DNA of 64,000 bases from Lama guanicoe (taxonomy: Eukaryota). The stretch covers positions 1-64,000 of the forward strand of contig PNXV01004830.1 in assembly GCA_013239625.1 (NCBI GenBank), written 5' to 3'. Shown here piece after piece: positions 54,791-64,000 of the stretch; the stretch's first letter is position 1; each line of letters begins with the position of its first letter. The position numbers and the translations under genes were made by a program. The notes beneath the pieces were generated by a model, which ran no database searches, was not told where the DNA came from, and saw only the letters and a list, made by a program, of their open reading frames with translations.

Positions 54791-57700
54791 ATAGGTTTCT
54801 TTCTCATTCACGGAAACCCATTTTCCAAAAAAGACCCAAGACAGAATTCATCCTTACCCATTTAATTTTGACCAGCGAATTTTTGGAAGGTCCTTTGCAT
54901 TTAGCTGAAGGTCTTAGAAACTCTTCTTCAAATGTCTCTGCATTCAATCTCTTTTTCATAAAGTTAGGTCAACATAAGTGAAAAACTGTGATTCCAAGTG
55001 GAATACGAACGAATACCTTGTTGTACACTGATAGACAGCCATTCCCAATTGCCAAATTTTTCTGACTTGTAATCAATTTGATGGTGGGCAGTTCTTCAAA
55101 AATGCCTTATCCAAAATTGAGAAGTATTATATGATATACTGAACCGAAGAACTCATTTAGGATAGATTACTTTCCAAGTTGTCTTCTTTCTTGCTATTCT
55201 TCCTACAGAAATCTTCATGAGAGCTGAAGTACATAGGTAAGTTGGATGATGAAGTTTTGCCTCCAAATATGCAAATGGGCTCACATCCATCCTTGAAAAT
55301 CAATGTGTCCCTAACAAGGCAGTGTAAGGAAAACTGGCCCACAATGTATTCTTCCAAATAGGGAAGTTACAGAAAGTGAATTTCACCTGAACTAACGCTT
55401 AGGAATATTTTTCTTTACAAAAATGTCAGAATTTCTCATACATTTTGAATGAGATGCTCTTGACTCAGCTGAGGAGAGGTGTCTTGACTCAGCTGAGGAA
55501 GGTGCCAGATGTACCTTCAAAATATGGAGGGATAGCTCAAGCCAAACATGAAAAACCCAGCTTTGGCCATCAATTCCCAAGACAGAGTATCCCAGAGCCC
55601 TTGTGTTCCTGAAATGAAACACATGGCATGCATTTGTTTGAAGCGGACCTGAATTGCAAGAAGCCTTCTGTGGACATTGCAAAATCCGGAGAGGCTGGGA
55701 TACAGAGGCTGAACTTGTGAAAATGCCTTTCCAAGTATGCATGGACAGTCCTTGCCAGTGTGCTGTGTGCTACCAAAATCTTGGATCAGTTCAAAAGCCT
55801 GACCCCAAATATTTTCTCAAGGGTGAAAGATTCTAAAACCTGTGGAACACAGGGCGTCATATCTAGGAGATAGCCTCACAAGAATCTTTGTCTAGCCATA
55901 ATTCATGCCAGCTAGAATGTATTCAAAGATGGTTGAAATTGAAGAAGAAATTCAGGTTGCAGTGAAACCTTACAGAACATGAAGTCAGGCTCGTATGACA
56001 AAGAAAAAAGCCTCACTTTTGAAAAATGTTGGAAGACCGAAAACTTGCACATGTCCTCAATTCTAAAATGGGAACATGTTTCCATGACTGTGTGCAACTA
56101 ACAGGAAGTGCTTCATTCTGTCCAAGTAGTCCTTCCAGTATGTGGAAATTTGCTCGATCGAGAAGTTCATTTGGGGAGCTTCCAAAATTCACAGGGGGTT
56201 TCAATGCATGGCCTCACTCACAAGTTACACATATGATTGGTTCTCAGTCCCACCACTTACATGATTCCAAAAGGCATAAGTATGTTTCCCACACACGCTC
56301 TTTCCTCTTCTGACAAATAATAACACAATGCATTGCACAGCCCCTCATTTTCAAGAGACATTCTGTCAAAAATGATTCCAACTTCGCAGGTGACTTTCCC
56401 AAGAGAGTAGATGAAGGGAGCGGATTTAATGCGAATGTGTGAGAAGGCCTAACAGAACTTAGATTTTCGCTTGCTACACCAGCAGAAATATTCTCTTATC
56501 CCGACAATGCAGATGAAGGAAACGTTTTCACCCTCATTGTATTCCCAAGATGCGTCTGTGTGAACGTTAAGGTTGATCTGCAGCAAATTAGGAGACCCGT
56601 TGAAACAGTCTTCTTTCCTCCATGCTTAGAATGGTTCATAACAGCTGCATCTGTTGAGGGGCTGTTTGTGTCTCTATGATGATTTGGGGTGAAGGCCGTT
56701 CAGGACAGGAATACAGGATAATTTGGGAAACCATGGAAAGTCACTCCTCCCCTGAGGCCTGCGTAATTTCTCCAATTTTTCCATTTGGTTCCCACAGTGG
56801 AATGATTCTCTAAGATTCATCAAGAGGAGCTGGGTAGGTTGAGATCTTCTCCCAATTCTATCACCTCTCATGGTATGCTCTCCAGGAACATTTTAAAGCT
56901 GGGTTCAATTTGACACCTCGAGTCATAGTTAAGAGAAATTGTTTCAGACCCTGGATATAGGCTTCTTTCCAAGTAACAGAAACTGTGTTTCCCCATGAAG
57001 GCACAAGTCATAAATCATCCTTAAAGGTTTCATTTCCATAAGGGAACATGTTGGAAGATTCTGTGCATGTAGCCGAAGGTCAGAGTGATTTTCCTGCAAA
57101 TGGCTTGCCGCAGTATTTATCACTTGTGTAAAGACAGTCCAACATCTGACAGAACCATGATTCCATGTGAAGTAGGGGCCAAGATTTTGTGAAACACTAA
57201 AATAGACCCATTTCCCACATGCCTTAATACTGTGTCTTGCAACAAACAGATGGGGTGATTTTTCATCAAACGTGCCTTCTCCAATATTGAGAATTGTTGT
57301 ATTTTGTATAGAACCGAAGCTCGATTCATTCATGAGAGTGTACACCCAAAGCTGTCATCTTTTGCTCTATTCTTCTTACAGAAAAGTTCTTGAGAGCTGA
57401 CATAAATTATCTGAACTTGATGAAGGAAAAAGGCCTATGAGAATGTGCAGATGGGCAGACTTCCATCTCTGAAAATCAATGTGTCCCCAAAAAGGCACTG
57501 CTGTGAAAATTGGCCCAAATCTTATTCCTCCTAATAGAAAAGTTTCTAAAGGTGAATTTCACCTAAAGTAACACTGAAGAGGGTTTCGGTGTACCAATAT
57601 TTCAGCATTCTTAATAGCTTCCCAAAGAGCTGCTTTTGGCTGAGTTGAAATGGAGTCCTTATTTTCACCTTACCAGATGTCCCTTCATAGCATTAAGGAA

Positions 57701-59116
57701 ACCTAAGGACAAACATGGAAATCCCTGGTTTGATCATAAATTCCCAGAGGGGAATTTCCCAAGTCAGTTCGTTTCCACAAGAAAACCATATGTGAAGCAT
57801 TTGTGTGCAGCTGATATGAACTGAAGATGACTTTCTAAAGAGCATTCTTAGCAACTTTCCTTGGATTCTCTCTGTGGACAGTGAACAGCTAGGATAAGCT
57901 TATGTACTTAGGACAAACAAGAGCAAAAGCCTCTCAGTGCATGGACGGACGGACTGTTCTCCCACTTAGACAAAACTCTGTGCTTCCGAAATGTGAGATA
58001 AATTCAACTTAACTTCTCACCAAGTGTATCCCAGATTGTAAGATTTTAAAACCTGAGGCACACAGAAAGTCCTAACTAGAAGACATTTTCACAAGATCCT
58101 TGAACTCGCAGTCAACTGATGCTTAAGAGAATGCATTTGTGGATGGCTGAAGATGAGGAAGGAAAGGCAGTTTACAGTGACATCTTATGGAACATGAATA
58201 CAGGCTCGTACACCAAAGACAACAGTCTCACTTTTGAAAAGTTGCAGAAGACCGAAAACTAGCAGATGTCCTCATTTCCAAGATGGGACTAGTTTTCCAA
58301 GAGTGGGTCCAGCGAAAACAATGCGCTTCATTGTGTCCAAAAGTCCTTTCAGCATGTGGAATTTTCATCAAACGAGAATTACAATGGGAGAAGTTTCAAG
58401 AATTTCAGGGGGTTTTAATTCATGGCCTCACTCAGAAGTTAGATGTAGAATGGCTGCTTGTTCCCACTACTTACATGATCCTAAGAAGGCAGAAGGAAGT
58501 ATCCCACATACACTCTTTCATATAGTGACAAACACCTACAAGATTCATTGCACTGCCTCTCAGTTTCAACAGACATTCTGTCAACAATGCTTCCTACTTA
58601 GCAGGAGTCTTTCCTAAAGACATTACAAGAGTAGATCAAGTGAGCTGACTCAATGCAAGTGTGTGAGAAGGCCTATCAGAAGTTGGATTTTGGCTTTCTT
58701 TCCCAAGAGACAATACAGGTGTAGAAAATTATTTCACACTCATAGTATGACATAGATGCAGCATTTTGAATGTTAGATTTGATCTGATGGAAAGTACAAA
58801 ACCCGCTCAAACAATACATTTTCCACCTTCAATATAAAGCTTTGTAACAGCTGGGTCTGCTGTGGGGCTGTTTTTATTTCTATGATGAGTTGGAGCCATG
58901 CCATTCAGGACAGGAACACAGGCTACTTAGGGAGACCGTGAAAACTCAGGGATACCCTGAGGCCTGCAAAGTTGCTCCAAATTTTCCCATTGGTTCCCAG
59001 ATTTGAATGATTGTCTAAGATTTGGTACAGGAAGCTGAGTAGGGAGAGGTCTTCTCCCACTTCTATCACATTTCTTTGAATGCTGAACAGGAACTTACTC
59101 AAGCCTGGCTCAATTT
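54791..59116 (-). repeat. X monomer (54791-56956) followed by a Y/X hybrid monomer (56957-59116, switch at ~58170-58187)
   Basis: Y diagnostics run up to GGAAAGGCAGTTT (~58173). X diagnostics start at CTTATGGAACATGAATACAGGCTC (58184), and the Y-specific 40-bp insert is absent. Confidence 0.82.
55458..55504. repeat. Local 24/23-bp tandem duplication TCTTGACTCAGCTGAGGA(G)AGGTG
   Basis: Seen directly; also appears as SSAESRHLSSAESR in ORF 55392..55742. Confidence 0.9.
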
Positions 59117-59126
59117 CGTATTCCTC

Positions 59127-59143
59127 CATGTAGGGACATTTCT
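59127..59143. repeat. Target-site duplication, left copy (CATGTAGGGACATTTCT, 17 bp)
   Basis: Identical to 59804-59820. It is present once in uninterrupted Y monomers (e.g. ~39816-39832). Confidence 0.95.
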
Positions 59144-59174
59144 TTTTTTCTTTTTTAAAAAAGAAATATGTGCT

Positions 59175-59180
59175 TTTATT
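59175..59180 (-). promoter_or_regulatory. Polyadenylation signal AATAAA of the retrocopied mRNA
   Basis: TTTATT on + at canonical distance from the poly(A) remnant. Confidence 0.8.
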
Positions 59181-59588
59181 CGAATGCTTTTAGACTTTAA
59201 TTATGCCAATTTTGGTAATCAAATTATTCATTTTTCAGTAAGTAATGACACTATAGAACCACAATACTGGTCCAGCATCTTGTCTTCACTTTTCCTTTAA
59301 AGCAATAAATGGAACGTGAGGAATCAGAAAGCACTTGCAGGCATCAGTTAATCCAAGATACTGGCTTCTTAGTTCCCAAAGCACTCGCAAAGAAAACCAT
59401 CGCGGGGCACAGAGGGATGGAAGCACTTCTAATAACTGGAATCTCACGAATGTGTGTCTACATCAAGTCTCATAGGCTGTTTTTTTTTATCCTTTACTTG
59501 GTCCCTTTTTATCCCTCAAATACTAGTTTTTCCTGTGATTTTTTTGCCCTCGAAGTACAAAAAGTATGAAATATAAACAAACTTTTGC

Positions 59589-59648
59589 ATTGTACACTTG
59601 GAAGTGTACAATTCAAGCTTTATAGATTTATCTGCTTGCAGATAAATC
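59589..59648. other. Two adjacent perfect 11-bp inverted repeats inside the retrocopy
   Basis: ATTGTACACTT-GG-AAGTGTACAAT (59589-59612) and GATTTATCTGC-TT-GCAGATAAATC (59625-59648). Confidence 0.9.
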
Positions 59649-59803
59649 CTATCCAATCGTGGGCAATTCAGTAAGATATATAATATATCAGGGCACAGAA
59701 AGAACTAACGCCTACTTCTTTTCATTACACATAAGATTCAAATATTTAGTCTAAAGAAAAACTTTAAATCATCTTGGCTCTCCTGTGCATTCTCATGTTG
59801 ATA

Positions 59804-59820
59804 CATGTAGGGACATTTCT
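59804..59820. repeat. Target-site duplication, right copy
   Basis: Identical to 59127-59143. Satellite sequence resumes directly after it (GAATTGAATT...). Confidence 0.95.
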
Positions 59821-62800
59821 GAATTGAATTGTGCCTAATGTAACACTGAAGAGTGTTTGTTTGCACCAATAACTCAACATTCCTTATAGCTTTCCAAAGA
59901 GCTGCATTTGGCTGAGCTGAAGTGCAGACCTTAATGTCACCTTCCCAGATGTACCTTCATAACTTGCAGGGAACCTCAGTCCAAACATGGAAATCCCTGC
60001 TTTAATCATCAAATCACAAGAAGGGAATTTCCTAAATCCCTTCTCTTCTCCAAAAGAACCATATGTGAAATATATGTGTGCAGCTGATATGAAGTTATTA
60101 TGACTAACTAAAGAGAATTCTTTGCACCTTTCCTTGGATTCTCTCTGTAGACCATGAAGAAGAAGGGGAAGCGGATGTACTGAGCACGAACTTGAGCAGA
60201 AGCCTCTCAGAGTATGGACGGACAGTTCTTCCCCTTAGGCAAATCTCTGTATTTCTAATGTCTGGGATAAAATCAGCTAAACATCTCCCCAGGTGTATCC
60301 CAAATTTGCAAGACTTTAAAATTTGAGGCTCACAGAGCATTCTGTAAAGGATGTTTTCACACGATTCTTGAACTCACCATCAAGTGATGCTAACGTATAT
60401 GCATTTGAAGGTGGCTGAGGTAGAGGAACGAAATGCAGGTTGCAGTTTAGTCTTACAGAACGTGGTGATATGCTCCTGTGCCAAAGAGAGAAGCTGCATA
60501 TTCTAAACTTGGCAGAAGAGTGAAAACTTCCTCATGTGTTTCAACCTAAAGTGGGAAAAGAAGTGCTGCATGAGGGTCTCTTCTTCTGAATAAGTGTCAA
60601 AAGTATTACTGGGTTCATGTAACACAAAGTGCTTTCTCCTGTCCAAGTAGTCCTTCCCAGCAAGTGGAGGTATGCTCGATCAACACGTTCAGTGAGGTGA
60701 ACTTGAAGATTTCACTGGGGGTTTGAATGCACAGCCTTAATCACGAGGAAGACAGGATTATTTCTCAATCCCACAAATATTGTGATGCCAAGGAGACAGA
60801 TGGACTTTTCCCACACACAATCTTTCCTAGTGACAAAATCCAACAAGATGCATTGCACAACACCTCTTTCTGAAGAGACACTCTTTTGGCAATGTTTCCA
60901 AGTTCGCAGGCAATTGCCTATAGACCACTGAGTCACAGATAATTGACCTACCTCACTGTGAGAGTGTGAGAAAGCTTATCATATCTCAGTTACGCTTGCT
61001 TTCCAACAACACAAACACTCCATTATCATGACAGAACAGATGAGGTACATTGTCCACACTCTGCATTCCCAGTACGAGTCAAGTTCCAATGTTTGGGTTG
61101 ATGTGAGCAAAATTAACAGACCCATTCAAGCAATCTTGTTTGCACCTTCATTCAGATGCTTGCAGTAAGCAGTGTCAAGGTGGGGCTGTGTCTGTTCCAA
61201 AGAGGAGCTGGATCCCATGTCTCTCAGGGCAGGAACATAGAATAATTTGGGAAGCCATGGATGTCAGTGCAGATGAGGAACGCTGTATTTCAGGTATGAG
61301 TCAGAAGACAACATTTGGGTTGATGTGAGTGAAATTACATGACCCATTCAAACAATCTACCCTGCACATTCATTCAGATTCTTCCAGTAAGCAATGGCTG
61401 TTTCAAAGAGGAGCTGGTGCCCAGATCATTAGGGCAGGAACATAGAATAATTTGGGAAACTGTGGAACTCAGTGCTCACGACGAGGCCTGAAATGTTTTT
61501 GCATATATTCCACTTGATTCCCAGGGTGGGACGTATGTTTGAGATTTGGAAAAATAAGATGAGTATGAAGAGATATTCAACTTCTGCTGCTATTGATGGC
61601 ATGCTCTCCAGAAAAGGTTTCAAGCTGGGTTCAGTTTGACACCTCAAGGTCATATTTAGAGAAATTGCTTCAGAACCGAGACATAGGCTTCTTTCCCATT
61701 CACAGAAAACCCATTTCTTCAAAAAAGGCACAAGACAGAAATCATTCTTACCTCTTCCATTTCAAGCAGTGAACATTTAGGAACATCCTGTGCATGTATC
61801 TGAAGGTCGTAGAGACTCTCTTACAAAAGGATTTCTGCATTCCTTCTCTCTTTCATAATGTTACTTCAATATAAGAGAAAAACTGTGATTCCATGTGGAA
61901 TAGCAGCCAAGATTGTGGAACACTAACACACAGCTGTTTCCCATCTTCCACATTAATCTGACTTGCAAGCAAGATGATAGAGTGAAATTCCTTCACACAT
62001 GCCTTACCCAAATTGAGAATTGTTATAGAATATATTGAACCCAAGCACTCATTTAGGAGAGGTTATCCTCCTAGCTCTCTTCTTTCTTGCTATTTTTTTC
62101 TACAGAAGACTTCCTAAAGTCTGACAAAGTATATCTATATTGGATGATGAACAGAGGCCTTTCTGAATGTGCAAATGGGCTCACTTCTGTAGTTGAAGAT
62201 CAATGTGTACCCAACAAGGCAGTGCAATGAAAACTGTCTGATGTCGTATTCCTCCAAACAGGGGAGTTACAGGAGGTGAATTTCACTTGAACTAAAGCTG
62301 AAGATGGGTACTCTGCACCAAACATTCAAGGTTCCTCAAAGATTACAAAAGAGTTTCTATTGACTCAGCTGACATGAGGTGTCTTAATGTCACTTTACCA
62401 GATGTACCTTCAACACGTGGAGGGATAGCTCAGGCCAAACATGAAAATCCCAGCTTTTCCCATCAATTCCCAAGAAGGGAGTACCCCATGGCCCTTCTGT
62501 TCCCGAATTAAACACAGGGCAAGAATCCATTTGAAGCAGACCCGAATTGACAGATGATTGCTAGCAGCATTCTTTGCTTATTTCCTCAGATGCCATCTAT
62601 GGATCTTGCAAAATCTGCTGAAGCAGGGTTACTGAGGCGAAATTCTGGAAAGGCCTTTTCAAGTAGGCAAGGACAGTTCTTGACAGCATGCTGTGCTCTT
62701 ACAAAATTTTGGATCAAATCAAATCATCCGACCCCAAATTGTTTCCAAGAGTGAAAGATTCTAAAACCTGTGGAACACAGGGCATCTTATCTAGGATATA

Positions 62801-64000
62801 GTCTCACAAGAATCTTTGTCTTGCCATAACTTCATGCCAGATAGAATGCACTTCAAGATGGTGAATTTGAGGAAGGAAAGTCAGGTTGCAGTGAAAGGTT
62901 ACAGAACATGAATACAGGCTCATACACCAAAGACAACAGCCTCACATTTGAAAACTTGCAGAAGATAGAAAACTTCCATATGTGCTCAATTCCAAGATTG
63001 GAAAAGTTTTCCAAGACTCAGTCCAGCTAACACAAAGTGCTTCATTCTGTCCAAAAGTCCTTTCAGCATGTGGAAATTTCATCAATCAAAACTTTCATTG
63101 GGGGGAGGTTTGATTAATTCACAGGGGGTTTTAATGCATGTCCTCACTCACTAGTTAGAAGTAGGATGGTTCCTGATTCCCACCAATTACGTGATCACAA
63201 CAAGGCAGGCGGATATTTCCCAAACACACCCTTCCATATAGTGACAAACACCTAAAAGATTCATTGCACAGCCCCCATTTACAACAGACATTCTGTCAGC
63301 AAATTTCCCAACTTTGCAGGTGACTTTCCTAAAGATAATTCAAGGGGAGATAAAGGGAGAGGACTGAAAGTGAGTGTGTGAGAAGGCCTATCAGAAGTTG
63401 GATTTTCACTTGCTTCCCCAACACAAAAGTTCTCTTATCACAACAACGCAGGTGAAGGAAATTATTTCACACTAATTGTATTGCAAAGATGCATCATATT
63501 TGAACGTTAGGGTTGATCTGACAGAAATTACAAGACCCATTCTTTCCATCAGCTTTCCATCTTTATTAGAATGGTTTGTAACAGCTGGGTCTGATGAGGG
63601 GCTGTTAGTTTTTCTATAATGAGTTGGAGCAAAGGGCTTTCAGAATAGGAACACAGGCTACTTAGGGAAACCGTGGAAACTCAGGGATCACCTGAGGCTG
63701 CGAGGTGTCTCCAAATTTTCCATTTAGATCCCAGATATGAATGATTGCCTAAGATTTGGCACAAGAAACAGTAGAGAAAGGTCTTCTCCCACTTATACCA
63801 CGTCTCTTTGAATGCTGTCCAGGAACATTTTCAAGCCTGTTTCTATTTGACATCTCCATGCAAAGCTGAGAGAAATTTTTTTCAGAACCAGGATACAGGC
63901 TTCTTTCCAAGTCACAGAAAGTGTATTTCCCATGATGTCACAAGGCAGAAATAATCCTTACCCATTTCATTTCCATAAGGGTACATGTTGGAAGAGTCCT
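59821..64000 (-). repeat. Remainder of the interrupted Y monomer (with a ~230-bp internal reiteration at ~61032-61486), a complete X monomer (61683-63894) and the start of the next Y
   Basis: Anchors at 61683 and 63895; diagnostic segments. Confidence 0.88.

Larger units (their letters stand above)
59144..59803 (-). pseudogene. 5'-truncated retrocopy (processed mRNA 3'-UTR fragment) inserted by LINE-1-type target-primed reverse transcription; parent gene not identified
   Basis: 660 bp of non-satellite AT-rich sequence with a poly(A) remnant on - (T run at 59144-59156), AATAAA 18 nt upstream of the tail, a 17-bp TSD, and a TC/AGAAA target resembling the L1 endonuclease TT/AAAA consensus. Confidence 0.88.
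17425..64000 (-). repeat. Same macrosatellite, right block in inverted orientation: ~21 monomers as X/Y dimers with several rearranged units
   Basis: The reverse-complement anchor ATAGGCTTCTTTC (or a variant) occurs at ~17444, 19647, 21903, 23682, 25898, 28145, 30337, 32596, 34794, 37051, 39246, ~41466, 43670, 45900, 48088, 50338, 52545, 54791, 56957, 61683 and 63895. ORF-track peptides found on + in the left block are on - here. Confidence 0.97.

Noticed and set aside
58882-58960. C/D-box snoRNA array (ATGATGA ... CTGA about 79 nt apart in X monomers, SNORD115/116-like spacing)
   Set aside because: No terminal stem or clear C'/D' boxes. Box C is mutated in many copies and absent at the equivalent Y position, and the interval is no better conserved than its flanks. 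A snoRNA covariance search could revisit this.
59309-59569. 86-aa ATG ORF inside the insertion
   Set aside because: It is antisense to the polyadenylated strand of an AT-rich UTR fragment, so probably a chance ORF.
1306-62754. Recurrent short ORFs as a tandem gene family
   Set aside because: They occur in all six frames with inconsistent starts, stops and frameshifts. X/Y differences fall evenly on the three codon positions in the stretch counted, as expected for neutral DNA.
1-64000. CRISPR array, prokaryotic operon, rDNA/tRNA array, or known gene-bearing macrosatellites (RS447/USP17, D4Z4/DUX4)
   Set aside because: No short repeat-spacer structure, gene-dense coding, rRNA/tRNA signatures, USP catalytic motifs or homeodomain; the unit is AT-rich and CpG-poor.

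Overview
Nearly the whole 64 kb is one diverged, AT-rich, CpG-depleted eukaryotic (probably mammalian) macrosatellite. It holds about 29 copies of a ~2.2-kb monomer in two alternating types: X (~2.20 kb) and Y (~2.25 kb), about 75% identical in the one 207-bp stretch I counted. Together they form a ~4.45-kb dimeric higher-order repeat (HOR). The array is in one orientation from 1 to ~17423 and in the opposite orientation from ~17425 to the end. No intact protein-coding, tRNA or rRNA gene is supported; the short ORFs are frames of the repeat that recur and break at different places in each copy. The only foreign DNA is a 660-bp retroposed, polyadenylated mRNA 3' fragment (59144-59803, minus strand) with a 17-bp target-site duplication. 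The array records its own turnover: an inverted ~50-bp templated insertion that defines monomer Y, short near-identical tracts between otherwise diverged copies, a ~2.7-kb deletion, a Y/X hybrid monomer, a ~600-bp deletion and small duplications. I do not recognise the satellite family. Coordinates and identities were read by eye, and unit boundaries are arbitrary (set at a conserved anchor motif).
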